Positions 36,516-49,688 of a DNA stretch of 64,000 nucleotides are shown here, in pieces. The notes below the pieces were generated by a model, which saw only the letters and a list, made by a program, of their open reading frames with translations, had not been told where the DNA came from and searched no databases. Within the stretch, counting starts at the first letter, position 1, and every line of letters starts with the position of its first letter. The translations under genes and the position numbers were made by a program. Source of the DNA: Azolla caroliniana (taxonomy: Eukaryota > Plantae > Polypodiophyta); assembly GCA_043228905.1 (NCBI GenBank), contig JBHGNT010000006.1, forward strand, positions 13,330,001 to 13,394,000, written 5' to 3'.

Positions 36516-37216
36516 GTTTTATATAACCAATTAATTACCACTACAACATCATTGAATCTATATAAAAAAATTTACATAGTAACCATACACATGATTAAAT
36601 TGGGAGAAGAAAGAATAGAAAAAACAAGAAAGATTACCGAAGTCCTTTTGTTGATCGTTTTCCGGATCAAGGCCAACCGCACATCGATCGGTCGCCATCA
36701 ATCAAGAACACAAAACACAACAAAAGAAACATTAGAAAATGAGCTCGGATACCAACTGTTAGAGATGTTAATCCTTAGGGCCGGACAATGGCCTAACACA
36801 AGGTGTCTCCGAAAGACACTTCACCAAAGGGGTGTTACGGCGAGATAACTTAAGACACAACGATTACTTCGACTTAATTAGCTACTTAGCAATAAGGCAT
36901 ACACTTAATACCCGCGTAAGACATAACAATTAATTCAGAACGGTAATCAATACATGAAGATAAAACAAGAAGCTTATATTAATTCTCCGTTAAGGTTTTA
37001 CATTGTAACCGGGCCTTTATATAGGTCACCGGTGCTGCGTACAAAACGGTGCCAACCGGCACCTGTTCGGAATTGATCCGGATTAGGATCGGCATACCGA
37101 TTCCAGTTCGTCCGTTCACTACATAATTATAATCTAATCTACTTAATTAAATATATTCCGAATAACCATCCCTTTTCACATTTTGGTCTCTGCTCCTTTG
37201 CCGACCGGGTAACACA

Positions 37217-37261
37217 TGGCACGCCCGTGGGACAGTACCTTGTACGTCGAATCCCACTATC
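37217..37261 (-). other. tRNA-Arg 3'-end-like motif at the PPT position of element A1
   Basis: Element-sense sequence is GATAGTGGGATTCGA-cGTACaagGTACt-GTCCCACGGGCGTGCCA-TG|TGTTACCC (3' LTR). There is no purine tract. Confidence 0.8.
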
Positions 37262-40259
37262 CGGCCCTTAGCCTTCGTCCAAGATGTCTAGAATACTCTG
37301 CTCCAGGGTATCCAATGGTTGTTCGGAATTCGGTTGTAGCGGCTGTTGTTGTGGCTGTTGTTGCTGTTGGGGCTGTTGTTGCTGCGGCTCCTCCGACTGT
37401 TGCTCCTGAGCGCATCTGTTCGGCTCCCGGTACCGGCGGTTGTGGCGGTGATTCCTCTGTTAGCTGCTCCGCTAAATTTGACACTGGTTGACTCGTCCCG
37501 GCCTTGTCTCCGTCCGGTCCTTGCTCCGGTGATGGCTCCTCATCGCTGAGGTTGACGGTCGCCGCTTGCTTTGCTTCTTCTCTCCATAGCCTGGTCCAGT
37601 CATAGCTCTCAAACTGGATTTGAGCATCCAGTCGATCATCATCTAGCTGGGCTACAAGTTGCCGGACCACTGCTGCCTGCTCCTCCGCTAGAGTTACAAA
37701 ATCTTCGGCTAACTCATCTCTTATGGCGGTGAAGTCCTCCTTCGTTAGCATGTAGTAGTCATCGCCATCATTCTGCCGGTTTTCTGCGTCTGCCCGTAGC
37801 AACTGGAGCTCGGTTGTGTGCTTTGCCCATTTGTCCCACCATTGCGCGGAGCTTTCGTCAATCAAGCGTTTGGTCTTGTTCCTCCATGCCTGGACAATGA
37901 ACTGGATCCGCTCCAATGCCATCTTTGATTTGTCCTCCGTGGCTTGCCGTTCGTCTTTCAACTGCTTGATGAGTGCCACCGTATCCACCTCCTGCTCCCG
38001 GTAATGTGACAGTTGGGTTTGATAAGTGTTCTGCAGCCTTTGCAAGATCATCGTCGCTCTTTCCTTCTCTTTATAATGTTGCTTATGCAACTCCATCCGT
38101 TCTTGTGCGGCTTCCTCCAGCAGCATGGTTCTTTCAGCCCGTTCCTCCACCAGTGCCTTCTCAACCCGATGTACCTCCTGCCAGAGCTCTGCCATCTTCT
38201 CCTGCTGTTTCTTATGCTCCGTTTCCAGGTGTTGGTAGTCCCGGTGCAGGTGCTCAAAATCATCGGTTTTCTGCTTCAACTTTTGGTTGAGTTGTTGGCG
38301 AGCACGGTCTTCCCGGTCCTTTTGCTGACAGAGTTCTTCTTTCAGCCTTTCGATCTCTGTTTCCGCCATCCGTCGCAGCTTCTCCTTTTCTTGCAACGCT
38401 TTTCTCTTTCTCCTCCTTCAGCCGGTCATAGGCTTGATGTCCTTTTCGCAGATTCTCTTCTGCCCGGCGGAGGTTCTCAACAGTCTTTCGTTGCTCTTCT
38501 TCTGCCGCTTTCTTCAAGTCCCGCTCTCGGGTGCGTAATGCTTCCTGTCCGGCCAGTTCATCTCTTAATTCAGCAAGCTCTTTGTCTTGCGCTGCCACTA
38601 TCTCCGGGACTGTTTCCGTCTCCGGGGTCTTATTGCTATGTACAGGTGTTGGTGCTTCTTTATTCTGTACATTGACTGGGGTCACCGATGCTTGGAGTTG
38701 TGGTCCGGTTAAGGCCATTTTGGCCAATTCTTCTGTGGCCAGGTCCAAGTCTTGTTCTAGGCTCCAGATCCTTGACCGGGGGCCGTCTTTAGTTCTCCGG
38801 TTGTGACGAGCAACCGGTCCATCTGAGCTTTCTCTTCCGCCTCTATGTAGTGTACCACTCCGGCAATCTGTTCTCCAATCCACCGGAGCCATTGGCTATC
38901 GGTGCCCTGTTGTTGCGTCTGCCCGGAGGGTTGGATGTTGGTGTCGCTAGCCAGTGGTCGGTTTTGTCCAGTTGCGTCGAGCTGCAACTCTGGCTGTTGT
39001 TGGTGACCACTTTGCCGTTCTGGTTGCGGCTCCGTTGGCTGCTCCGCCTTTGAATGCTCTTGGCCTGCGGGTGGGGTCGGCAACTATACTTCCGGCGCTT
39101 GCATATCGGGTCTTGTCGTATCTTGACCCGCCGATAGAGGCTGTTGTGCAGGGGGCTGTGTGGCCGGTTCTGGTTCCATCCTTGGTGCGGGCTGCTCAGA
39201 GCGGGGTACAGGCGTTCCATCCTTCTTTGGGTCCGAACGCTCCTTGGCATGTTCGGAGGTGCTTGCCTTCTAGCGCCGCTGGAGGTGCTCTAACGGTTCT
39301 TCCTCCGTTTCGTCCTCCTGAGTCCCGATGTTGATTTTGGCTGCCAAGGGGTCCGACGCTTGTAGAACCGGTCGGCTAAGCCTGATCTTGATTGGCCGCA
39401 CCGGTGTCTCCTCATGCGTTTCCGCCTGCCGCTTCCTGTTGGTGTGCCCTTTGCTGCGTGGTCCATGTCGGCCGCCTTCCCTTTGGTTGCCTTAGACGCC
39501 AATAACTGCTGCCGTTTAGAGGCCGTTTTCGGGGTGCCTTCGGTTGTTCTTCCCCGCTTTGTGGTCTTGACGGGCTCGATAGGAGTCGCCAATAGAGTGA
39601 GCCATTGCGCCACCGCCGTCCATATCTTCCGACCCTCTTTGCCCCTGACAAAGTCGATGGCCGCACGGAGGCCATCCGCAGTCAGTACCGCCCAATCCAC
39701 CTTCACGCCTTCATATGTGGCTATGATTAAGCCGGCCCGGTTCTGGGGCATGCAGGGGGGGTCGAGGGTATACAGGTCCGAATTCATGGAGCACCCGGGC
39801 AATCTCTCGAAAGAGAGGATCTTCCCCGCCCTGTGTCCGGTAGGCCTTGCTTGCCAGAGAGTATTCCCCAAAGTATTTTCGGAGCTGTTCCGGGGTAGGG
39901 TTGTCGATAGTGAAGATTCCCCCTTTCGGAAGGCCAATCAACACATGGATGGCCTCCTCAGTAATCAGCTCCGTGTCGATTTCTTTGACTATCTTCTCGG
40001 CCTCCCGGTGCGGTGGCGCCTCCATGATGGTGAGGAAACCCTCTAAGTCGTGTTGCCTTAGCCACTTCTTGGCTGCTTCAGAGAGTGCTTGGCAGTCCAT
40101 GGCTTCGTCGAGGTCGGTGAGCGCTGGTGAGGGTTGTGTGTGAGGAGTCTCTGTGTGCGTGGGTTCGCGTCTGCTGATCTTCAATCGCCTGCCTGCGTTT
40201 GTGCTCCTCTGTTCGCGAAATGTGAGGGTTTCTATGTGGCGGGGGTCTTCTTGTTGCAT
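37257..40259 (-). pseudogene. Extra 3' ORF (ORF3) of A1, frameshifted
   Basis: YFGEYSLASKAYRT, MPQNRAGLIIATYEGVKVDW, a long coiled coil, and LRADAENRQNDGDDYYMLTKEDF. Confidence 0.8.
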
Positions 40260-40509
40260 GCTGGCGCCTGTTTTTTTTTTTCACTACCTGCGCATGTGCA
40301 CGTCGTGTACTAAAATAGAATGACGTGCCATGTGGCGACAGTTTAATACCCTATTAATAGCCCACTACATACCTTTTCAAAGTGCCTGTTCACTCCTTCT
40401 TTTTGCATGTGTACATTCACCCCTCGCCCTTGCATGATTTACTTTGATTTGATTTGATTTGATTTCTTTTTTTACTTTTTTCTTTTTCTGATAATAAATG
40501 GTTTTGCTA

Positions 40510-43500
40510 ATTAGCAACCGGTCCCACTGGACCCCTATCCGGATTGTGATCCTTGCCGGACGCTGGACCGCTTGCTGGCGCTTCCGACTTACCGGTGTCC
40601 GGTTCTGTGTCGCCCTTCACTTGTTCAAATGGGTTTTTTGGCATGGGTCCATTGTATGGTTTGAGTCGGAACCCATTGACCCATATACCCAGAACCTCGC
40701 CGGCGAGGGTCCCTAATTGGTAGGAACCGTTGAACTCTCGCGTAATCTAGTATGGTCCGGTCCACCGAAACCGTAGCTTTCCTGGCATCTTACCCATCCG
40801 GGTCTGGAACATGAGTACCGGCTTACCGATGCCGAACATCTTTTCGTTCCCTTTTTGGTGACGATCCACGAACGCCGTTGCTCTAGTTCTAGGTGCATGA
40901 TGCTAGCTAGCCGTTGTTCTTCCAATTCGCACAACGCGTTTAACCGGATAGCTTCCAATTCCTTCTCATGTAGGCGTTCCCGAATCTGTATTCGTAGACT
41001 CAGGACTTGGAACTCTACCGGCATCACTGCTTCCAATCCGAATGCTAGGCGGAACGGTATTGTGCGGATACTTGTTTTATATGTTGTTCGGTAAGCCCAG
41101 AGTGCACTGTGCAACTTTGTATCCCAATCCGTCCGGTTCTCATTGACGATTTTCCGCAGGATATTCTGTAGTGTTTTATTTGTTGACTCTGCTAATCCGT
41201 TGGCTTGCGGATAATAGGGAGTGCTCCGTTTGTGCACCACCGCATAAAATGTCGTCAAACTTTCCACTACTTCCCCTAAGAAGTGCCCACCTTGGTCACT
41301 TATGAGCTCTATCGGACATCCATATTGGCACCAGATGCATTCATATAAAAATTTTGTCGTGGATGCCGCGGTGTTGTCGCGTAGTGCTTTCGCTTCCACC
41401 CATTTCGTGCAGTAATCCGTAGCGACAATCACGTACCGGTTGCCGGTTCTCATTGCCGGTGGTTTGAACGAACCGACAAAATCTAACCCCCATTTCTGAA
41501 ATGGTTCTAACAGTAGCACGGGCTGGTGAGGTATTTTGGCTTATTCGGTTGGTTGCCCCATTCGTTGACATAGGTCGCATTCTTTAGCGTACCGGACTAC
41601 ATTTTTCAATGTTGTCGGCCACCATAGTCCAATCTGCCATATTTTCCTTGCCGTAGCGTCTCCGGCAAAATGTCCCCCGGCCACGCCGCAGTGCGCCTCG
41701 CGCAATATTACTTCCTTTTCGTCACTGCGCACTGCACGTCACCATATGCCATCTCCACCTTTGTGGTACAGTGTGTCCTGCAATAGACAGAAGTGTCGGC
41801 TTTGAACCGCTAAGCGTTTCCTTTCGTCTATGTTCATCTCCTTCGGAGGTAAACCGGTGCTCAAAAATTGGTGCATGTTGGTGAGCCACTTGTCTTCCTC
41901 TGCGACCGAACTATCCGTTGCCGTTTCGGTTGTGACTCTAAACAGCTCTACATCCGGAAAGTCGTCTGGGACTCCGTCACTAGTTTCGCCGGAATCCAGC
42001 CGGCTTAAATAGTCCGCTACCGCATGCTGTATGCCGGGTCGGTGGAATATTTCGAACTCAAATTCTTGTAGTAGTAACGTCCACCGGGCTAGCTTACCGG
42101 TGAGTGATGCTTTGGACACCAAATAGAGGAGCGCCGAATGATCTACGTGAAAGGAAAATTTCCTTCCCAACAGATAGTGTCTAAACTTGGTGACACTGTA
42201 GATCATACCCAAAGCCTCCCTTTCTGTCGTGGAATAATTACGTTCCGCTTGGGACAACTTCCGGCTGGCATAATAGACTGGCCGATACCATTTTGGTTCT
42301 GTCAGTTGCATCAGTGCGCTCCCGATTGCAATGTCGGACGCGTCAACGAACACATGGAACTCTTTGGACCAATCCGGAGGTTGCACCACCGGCGCTTGTG
42401 ACAACAATACTTTTAGTGCCCGGTAAGCCTGATCTTCTGTGTCCGTCCATCGTAACGGTGTCCGATGTACTGCGGCATGCAATGGTGTAGCTAGGTCTGC
42501 TAGATACCGGAGCATTCGGCTATGCCACCGAATTTGTCCTAAGAACTGGCTTAGTGCCTTTGTCGTGGCTGGTGCCGGTGCCTCCAGGATTGCTTTTACT
42601 TTGTCCGGATCCACTGCGATACCGTCCTTGCTGACTATGTGGCCAAGTAACGCTCCGCTGGTTACTCCGAACACGCATTTTGTCAGGTTCAGGCTTAGTC
42701 GGCAAACCCTACATTTTTCTAGGCATAGTCGGAGGTGCTGAAGGTGATCCCCTTCCTGGTTATAAACAGCGAAGTCATCCAAAAACACCTGCATGAATGC
42801 CGGAATGAATTCCCCGAAAATTTCCATGATGTTCCGTTGGAAGGTTGCCAGTGCCGTTTTCAGTCCGAACATCATCACTACGGCAACAAAGACTCCCCAT
42901 TCGGTGACAAAAGTGGTTTTCTCCTGGTCGGTGGCAGAAAACTGTACACCTTATGATCGGCGACCACATCCAGGACTCCATCCGTGAATGGAAGTGGGAA
43001 GGCGTCCGTTATCGTAGCCGCATTCAATTTCCGATAGTCGACGCACACTCTAATCTTACCGTTCTTTTTGGGTACTATCACTATCGGACTGAGCCATGTG
43101 GCTTTCTTTACCGGTCGGATGAAGCCCACTCTCAGCAACTTGTCGATTTCTTCTTTGACCTTTGCTGCATAATTCGGGTTCATCCGGTAACGCCGTTGTG
43201 CTACCGGTTTGGCGTCTTTGCTCAGATGTATTTGGTGTTGATATAACTGAGGATCGAGTCCCGACATGTCTTCGTAGGCCCAGGCGAACACATCGCGAAA
43301 TTCTTTTAGGAGTGTGATCATTGCCGTTTAGTTCTCCGAAGTCATTTCCTTGGCGATGTGCACTAGTCTTGTGTCCTCTGTGGTACCTAGGTTTACCTCT
43401 TCTAGTTGGGATGCTTTCACCCACTGTGATACTGCCATTTCTTTTTCCAGTGCCTCCCGTGCTTGCCGTAATTCCCGAATTGCCTCTTTATCCGGTTCCT

Positions 43501-46220
43501 CGTCGGTCCCGTCCGGTTGCAGTACGTACGGTGATACTGCTTCGGCTACATCAATCTCGAACAGAGGTACGATCTTCGGATTTTCCTGCAAGTATTGATC
43601 GATCTCTTCGTCCGCCAATCCTTCCAGCATGTTAACACATTCCGCATATAGCGGCGTTGATTCCTTGCCGGTACCGGATCGTGGTTGAGTCGGTACTCGT
43701 ACTTTCTCTTTTCCACGCTGGAACGTAGTTATGTTCTTCCTTCAGTTTTGCTTTATGTGTGCCGTTTTTAACCAGGGCCGTCCCAACAATAGTGGGTAAG
43801 GTCCCTGAGCTTGTAGCTTGAGAACTACTGTGGAAATGCGAAATGTGTGACCCAATGGTCACTTCCAGATAGCGTATTAATCCGGTCGGTCGTACTGAGC
43901 TAGTGTCCGCCATCCGAAGCCAAAACGGACACGGTTCCCAGTCCTAGATTCCTAGCGCGTTACACGTTCGGAGGCTGATCACGTTCACGGCGGATCCTCC
44001 ATCGATAATCGTGCCCAGTAGATCTTTTCCCTTCACGATGGCTGTGATTGCTAGACTGCTTGTGTCCACCACTATTGGTCCTTCCTCCGGATTTGAAAAG
44101 AATGTCGGAGTCGGTGGTGTGTCAGCTGCCATCCTTCCGGTCTTCAGTCCTTCCGTGAACCATGGTACCAGTTGCAATAGCCGGCCTAACAGCAACGTGA
44201 TTTGGCATTCTTGTAACTCCTGCCATGTTGGGTTTTCGGGTTGCCCCGGGCTGGCGAGTTCTTCGGCATTCTCCTTTTGTTGTTCGAGCTTTGCCGCATT
44301 CCGCTCATTTGCCTTCTTCACCCATTCGGTTGCCTGCTTCCGGATGGCTTCTTGAGTTTCCCACTCCGTGGCTTTGCCTTTTGATCTTGTAGTGACTTGT
44401 TGTAGGTCCGCAACTTCCGCGTCTACCATGTTCACTGCTAGTTGCTTGTCGTAGATCTTCGCCAGACATTGATTACTATAGAGGCCCTCTTGCTGGCAAT
44501 AATAGCAGTACGGCTTCCGGCCGTTGCTGGATTCAGCGTGTGTGCTTGGTGACGGACCAGGGGCAAGTGCTTGGTTTTGGTCTAGTTGGCTGCTCGGAGC
44601 GCCCTCTTCCGGTTCTTGTGGGTGACCCCCCTTTTTGTTGAAATGACTTTTCTTATTGAAATTCTTTTTGGTGAGGTATCCTTGCCGGGGCTGGTCGTCA
44701 TCCTTGCCATAGTCGTCCCATCGGTGGTTGTAACCAGGGGAGTGATCCCGATTATATCTTTCATACCATCCATTATAGTCCCGGTACCTATCCTGTCTAT
44801 CATACCAGTCATACGCATCTCTTCGATCGCTATACCCGACATCTTGTGCCGGACGGTAGCGCTCCTCTCGCCGCCAACGTTCTTCTTCTTCCTCCCGGTT
44901 GCTCCGTGGTTCAATTTGCCGGACCGGTGGTCCTTGTTGATTTAACAAGTTATACTCACACCGTTCCATTCTGTGACTTCTGGAGTGGCAGAGCAAGCAT
45001 TGGGAACGCGTGGTGCATTCTAGCATCGAATGTTCGACATTCAGGCATATCGTACATTGAACTGCTTGTCGGAAACGGAGGTCCTCTTCCGTCGGTAGCG
45101 TACGCTGCAGTGCGCCCATGGTTAGCTATGAACTCGAGTTTTCCATTTCCCAAACTTGGTCAATCACTTGATCTATGTTGCTGGTGCGGAAATCGATGAT
45201 GGTGCACACCGTCCGTAAGGGTTCCCAGAGTGCTGCTAAGAATATGGCCTTTGTTTCTTCCTCCGGTGGTGTCCGGCTGAGCTGACTGTGGATCCGCTGG
45301 AACCGGATGACAAACTGTTGGATGTTCTCAGTTGGTTCCTGCCGGATACTGTAAAATAACCCGACCATTTCTCGTTGGTCCATCTCCTTGTGGAAGAAAT
45401 GCAAGAATTTTGTCTTTAATGTTTCAAATGTGGGGATGGTGTTGCGATCCTGTGTTCAGTGCCATCTAGCGGCCGGTCCCTCCAAGGTCATGCCGAACTC
45501 TGCCCGTTTTGAGCGTTCCTCTTCGGCCGCATTTAAGCGTTGGGACACATGGTTCGCTTCCGAGGTCTGCTGAAACGCATGGACATGGGCTTCCGCGTCC
45601 GGATCATCCCGGTATCTGGGATATTGGAATGGCATATCGTCGTCTGGTGTCGTTACACGGGCTGGTGGTGTCAGTGGTCGTTCCTCCTCTGGTGGTGTCG
45701 GAGGTTTTCCCCGGTCTTCTGTCGCCGTTGGAGGCCTTTCCTGCTCCTCTTGTGGTGTCGAAGGCTTCTCCTCCTCGACTTCTGGTTCTGGAGTGTTGTC
45801 GACTTCCGGTACCGGAGTTTCCAGCCTTGTCGATTCGGGTTCTAGTGTCGGCAAAGTATCCGACTCCTCGTCCTCTGGTCCGCCTGGGGTGTTGTTACTG
45901 CTGCGGTAGTTGGTCTGCGCGTTGTATTCCCCGTCCGAACCCAATTCAAATGCGTAAAATGCTTCAGATTCGCCTTCCCCCGTTGCCAATGCCTGCAGAA
46001 GGGATTCCACTTCCCGAAGGCTGCTTAGGCAGCTTCCTTCGTTCGGGTAGGCATTTTGTGGTAGCCGAAGTGATTCCTTGGCCACTCTCCAGATCACTTT
46101 CGAAAATGAGCGATCCGCTCTGATTTCATTTGCCACTTGTTGGAAAGCCTCTCGCTTCCTCAGTCGTTCAGCAAGTCACCTTGCTCGCTCCGTAACCAAG
46201 TCGTTCGTTGGTCGCGTCAT
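40510..46220 (-). pseudogene. gag-pol of A1 (gag with three zinc knuckles, PR, RT, RNase H, integrase) with stops and frameshifts
   Basis: IIDGGSAVNV, MQVFLDDFAVY, FVDASD, ADYLSR, PFQKWGLDFVG, ISDQGGHF and QANGLAES. Confidence 0.93.
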
Positions 46221-49200
46221 CCATTCCCGCCGCTGATCGCTGCGATTGTACAGGAATCGTGGTCGCCAAAAACTGTGTTAATCCTTAGGGACGGACAATG
46301 GTCTAACACAGGGTGTCTCCGGAAGACACTTCACCAAAGGGGCGTTATGTTGAGATAACTTATGACACAACGATTACTTCGACTTAATTAGCTACTTAGC
46401 AATAAGGCATACACTTAATACCCGCGTAAGATATAACAATTAATTCAGAACGGTAATCAATACGTGAAGATAAAACAAGAAGCTTATATTAATTCTCCGT
46501 TAAGGTTTTACATTGTAACCGGGCCTTTATATAGGTCACCGGTGCTGCGTACAAAACGGTGCCAACCGTCACCTGTTCGGAATCGGTCTGGATCCGGATC
46601 GGCATACCGATTCTGGTCCGTCTGTTCACTACATAATTATAATCTAATCTACTTAATTAAATATATTCCGAATAACCATCCCTTTTCACATTCTGGTCTC
46701 TGCTCCTTTGCTGGCCGGGTAACAAGAGACATAGACTAATGTAAGCATGAGATAAGGATAGAAAATAGATAAATAGATAGAACGGAGAGAGAGAAAGAAG
46801 GGTGCCGATCCATCGGACCACCCTCGAGTGAAGGGATCGGGACTTGAGCCTCGATCGGCATCCCATACCACCGTCGTGGCGTCGAGTCGTACCTGGTGTT
46901 GGCGCACTTGCTACAAGAGTTGACCCACCACAAGACAGAGTCTCGACATAGTCAACAAGATAATCAAATAAGGGTAGCTAGGCCTCTTATTTATAGCGAT
47001 ACACAAGGCCCCCAACCATGTTCACACTTGGCCCAATGGGTTGTCTCAATCCCGAGGATTAAAAGTAATCCTCCCCTTCTTTACACTCTCGTTTAACCCT
47101 CACACTTATCCTTGTGTATAGAATACTACGGTAAATTCTCACCACGGGATATTATATGGTCATGCCCGTAACAGGTGGTATGCTGTTGACAAGTTCACAG
47201 AAGTCCCAAATGTTTGTAGAAGTCGTCGCTAGAAGTGGGAGATAAATTGAGAACCTTGATCAGAGGTGACATCCTCGGGTAAGCCGTGTAGACAAACGAC
47301 ATTTTTCAGAAAAAGATCCGCCATTTTCTCCCCGAAAATGGTTTTTGAGCATGGGACAAGGTGAGCCATCTTCGAAAACCGATCGACGATTACTAGCATC
47401 GTGTCATGGCTACCGATGTGAGGAAGGTCGGTTATAAAGTCCATCGAGAGAGAGGCCCATGGTTGACTGGGAAGTGGAAGCAGGTTGAAGACCGTATGGA
47501 CGATTGTGAGCCGCTTTGGAGCAGGCATAGACGTCACACGCCTTGATAAATTCTTTGACAAATTTCCAAGGTTGGGGCCACCAAAACCCCCGAGGTAGCA
47601 ACTCCAATGTTTTCGCGACCCTAAAGTGGCCGACAAGAGAATCATGATGGCAATTTTGTGGGACTTGAGTGCGACATGCTCCAGTTGGTACGTAAAGGAG
47701 GTGATTATGATAAAGTTTATAAAGGTGCGACATGCTCTAGCCCATCCCGAGTTATAAAGTGATTGAGATTCGAGCTTTGCATTCCTTGCGATGGGTTGTT
47801 GATGCACACTAGGATGTCGGTAGCGAATGGGTCTGACATGGTGGCCTGGGCGATTTCGTTGAGCAAGGAATCATCATGCACATGTAGGTCGCGAACATCT
47901 GGAGTTGATCGGGCTGCAATAAACAATGTGATTGCTGAGAATATGCATCTTCACCTAGGCGTAGCGCAAAATCTGGTCACCAAGAGAGGGCATCCGCTTT
48001 CCCATGTTGAATGCCGGGTCGAAACAAGATTTCGAAGTCATAGTCGATGAGAAAAGATGACAAACGAGCCTGTCTCCGATTAAACGTACGATTGATGGTG
48101 ATGTAGTTGAGATTCTTGTGGTCGGTCAGCACCTAGATACGATGTTGTGCCCCAACAAGATAGGGTGACCATTCGGCGAAGGCAGAGATGATAGCTGCAA
48201 GCTCCTTGTCGTAGATTAGATAATTGATTTCCGTGGTTGTAAACTTTCGGGAGTAGAAGGTGACCGGATGTAGTGTGCCATTGTCATCTGGCTGGGACAG
48301 AACCGCGCCAATGGTGATGTTGGACGCATCGGTCTCAACCTGGAAGGGTCTCTTGGGATCGGGGTGAACCAACACTGGGGCTGAGAGAAAAGCTGCTTTG
48401 AGGGTCTCAAAAGCATTGTGTTGCGGGGCTCCAGAGAAATGGAGTATCTTTTCGAGTAAGTTGGATTAGAGGTTTTATGTGGAAAGAAAACCCTTCTATA
48501 AATCTTCTATAGAAATGTGCGAAACCAAGAGATGATTATACCTCTTTTAGTTGAGTTGGGAGAGGCCAATCGGTGATTGCTGCTACCTTGTGCTTATCCA
48601 TTGTGATCCCAGTGGGTGAGATCATGTAACCTAGGAATTCGACAGAGTTTCGATGGAATTCACATTTCTCACTTTTGGCGTAAAGCCCATACTCCCAAAG
48701 TTTGGTTAGTACTAGCTGGACGTGTTGTGTGTGCTCTTCTAAGTTGGAAGAAAAAACTCGGATGTCGTCAAGGTAGATTACCACGAAGTGATCAAGGTAC
48801 TCTCGAAATATATTGTTCATCATGTGTTGGAAGACTGTTGGGGCGTTGGTAAGACCGAAAGACATCACCTTGTATTCAAAATGCCCATAGCGCGTCCAAA
48901 AGGCCGTTTTCCACTCATCCCCTGGCTTGATGCACATTACATTGTACGCTCCCCGTAGGTTGATTGTACGCCTGGTTCGGAGTCGATCAAGGAGCGCTGG
49001 AATTAAGGGCAAGGAATAAAGATTATGCACCGTAACTTTGTTGAGACCCCAATAATCCACACATAGGCACACTGAGACATCCTTCTTCTTGACAAATAAA
49101 ATTGGGGCCCTAGTCGGTGATTTGGAGGGCTGAATGAAGCCCTTCAAGAGGTTGTCAGCCAAATATATGTGGAAAGCCTCAAGTTCAGGTGTGATAGCCC

Positions 49201-49688
49201 ATAGATCAGGCTGAATGGTGGATGCTCACCAACTTGGAGTTCAATTGGGCAATCTTAGGGGCGATGTGCCGGTAACCGATCTGCATTTCGCTTCTCAAAT
49301 ATATCCGAAAAGTTGCTATATTGTGCAGGCAAATTGTTGACAAGAACGGAGATGTCCCACGACAAAATGGCCAGTGCAGCGACCAAGCCGGAATCGGCAA
49401 CAACAAAATCAAGAGAATTTAGTGACCCAGTCGGAATTGATCGCACTAGAAAAGTGATAGAGGGATTGCACCAATCCACTATCGGATTGTGTGTCTCCAA
49501 CCAAGATAGCCCCAAAACAATCGGATGTCGGGGGGTTACAATGAGGTAGAAGGTTAGTACCTCATGGTGGGGCCCGACTTGAAGTACCAATGGGATAGTG
49601 ACTTCTGTAACCTCCCCCGAAGAGAGAACCCGACCGTCGATTGCTTCAACGGATATGCGTTGTGATATGCGGACGATGGGGATATTAT

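Larger units (their letters stand above)
36766..46724 (-). mobile_element. Full-length Athila/OTA-like Gypsy element A1; LTRs 36766-37214 and 46276-46724 (449 bp), TSD AGAGA
   Basis: The direct repeats differ by about 5% by eye, mostly transitions. AGAGA occurs at 36761-36765 and 46725-46729. PBS TGGCGACCACGA at 46257-46268. Confidence 0.95.
30686..47173 (-). mobile_element. Chromovirus element E; 3' LTR 30686-31141, 5' LTR 36757-36765 + 46730-47173 (split by A1), TSD GGTGG, iMet PBS
   Basis: Direct repeats TGTTAGAGAC...CCGTAACA. GGTGG occurs at 30681-30685 and 47174-47178. PBS TGGTATCCGAGC at 36743-36754 and PPT-like AGCGGAGGAGTA. Confidence 0.93.
29522..49688 (-). mobile_element. Chromovirus (Tcn1-like) element D: 3' LTR 29522-29872, PPT, chromodomain/integrase 29885-30685, and IN-RH-RT-PR 47174-49688; split by E and cut by Copia C2
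   Basis: TG...CA LTR with PPT GGGGGAGGATAA. Motifs EEYEVDQILDSR, VIYLDDI, FQVETDAS and SLSMDFITDLP. STAYHPQIDGQ is restored across the GGTGG TSD. Confidence 0.9.

Noticed and set aside
37217-37233. Ordinary PBS of a plus-strand element, i.e. A1 or B orientation mis-assigned
   Set aside because: All ORFs between the LTRs are on the - strand, a separate PBS lies next to the other LTR directly upstream of gag, and TSDs show each element is a single insertion.
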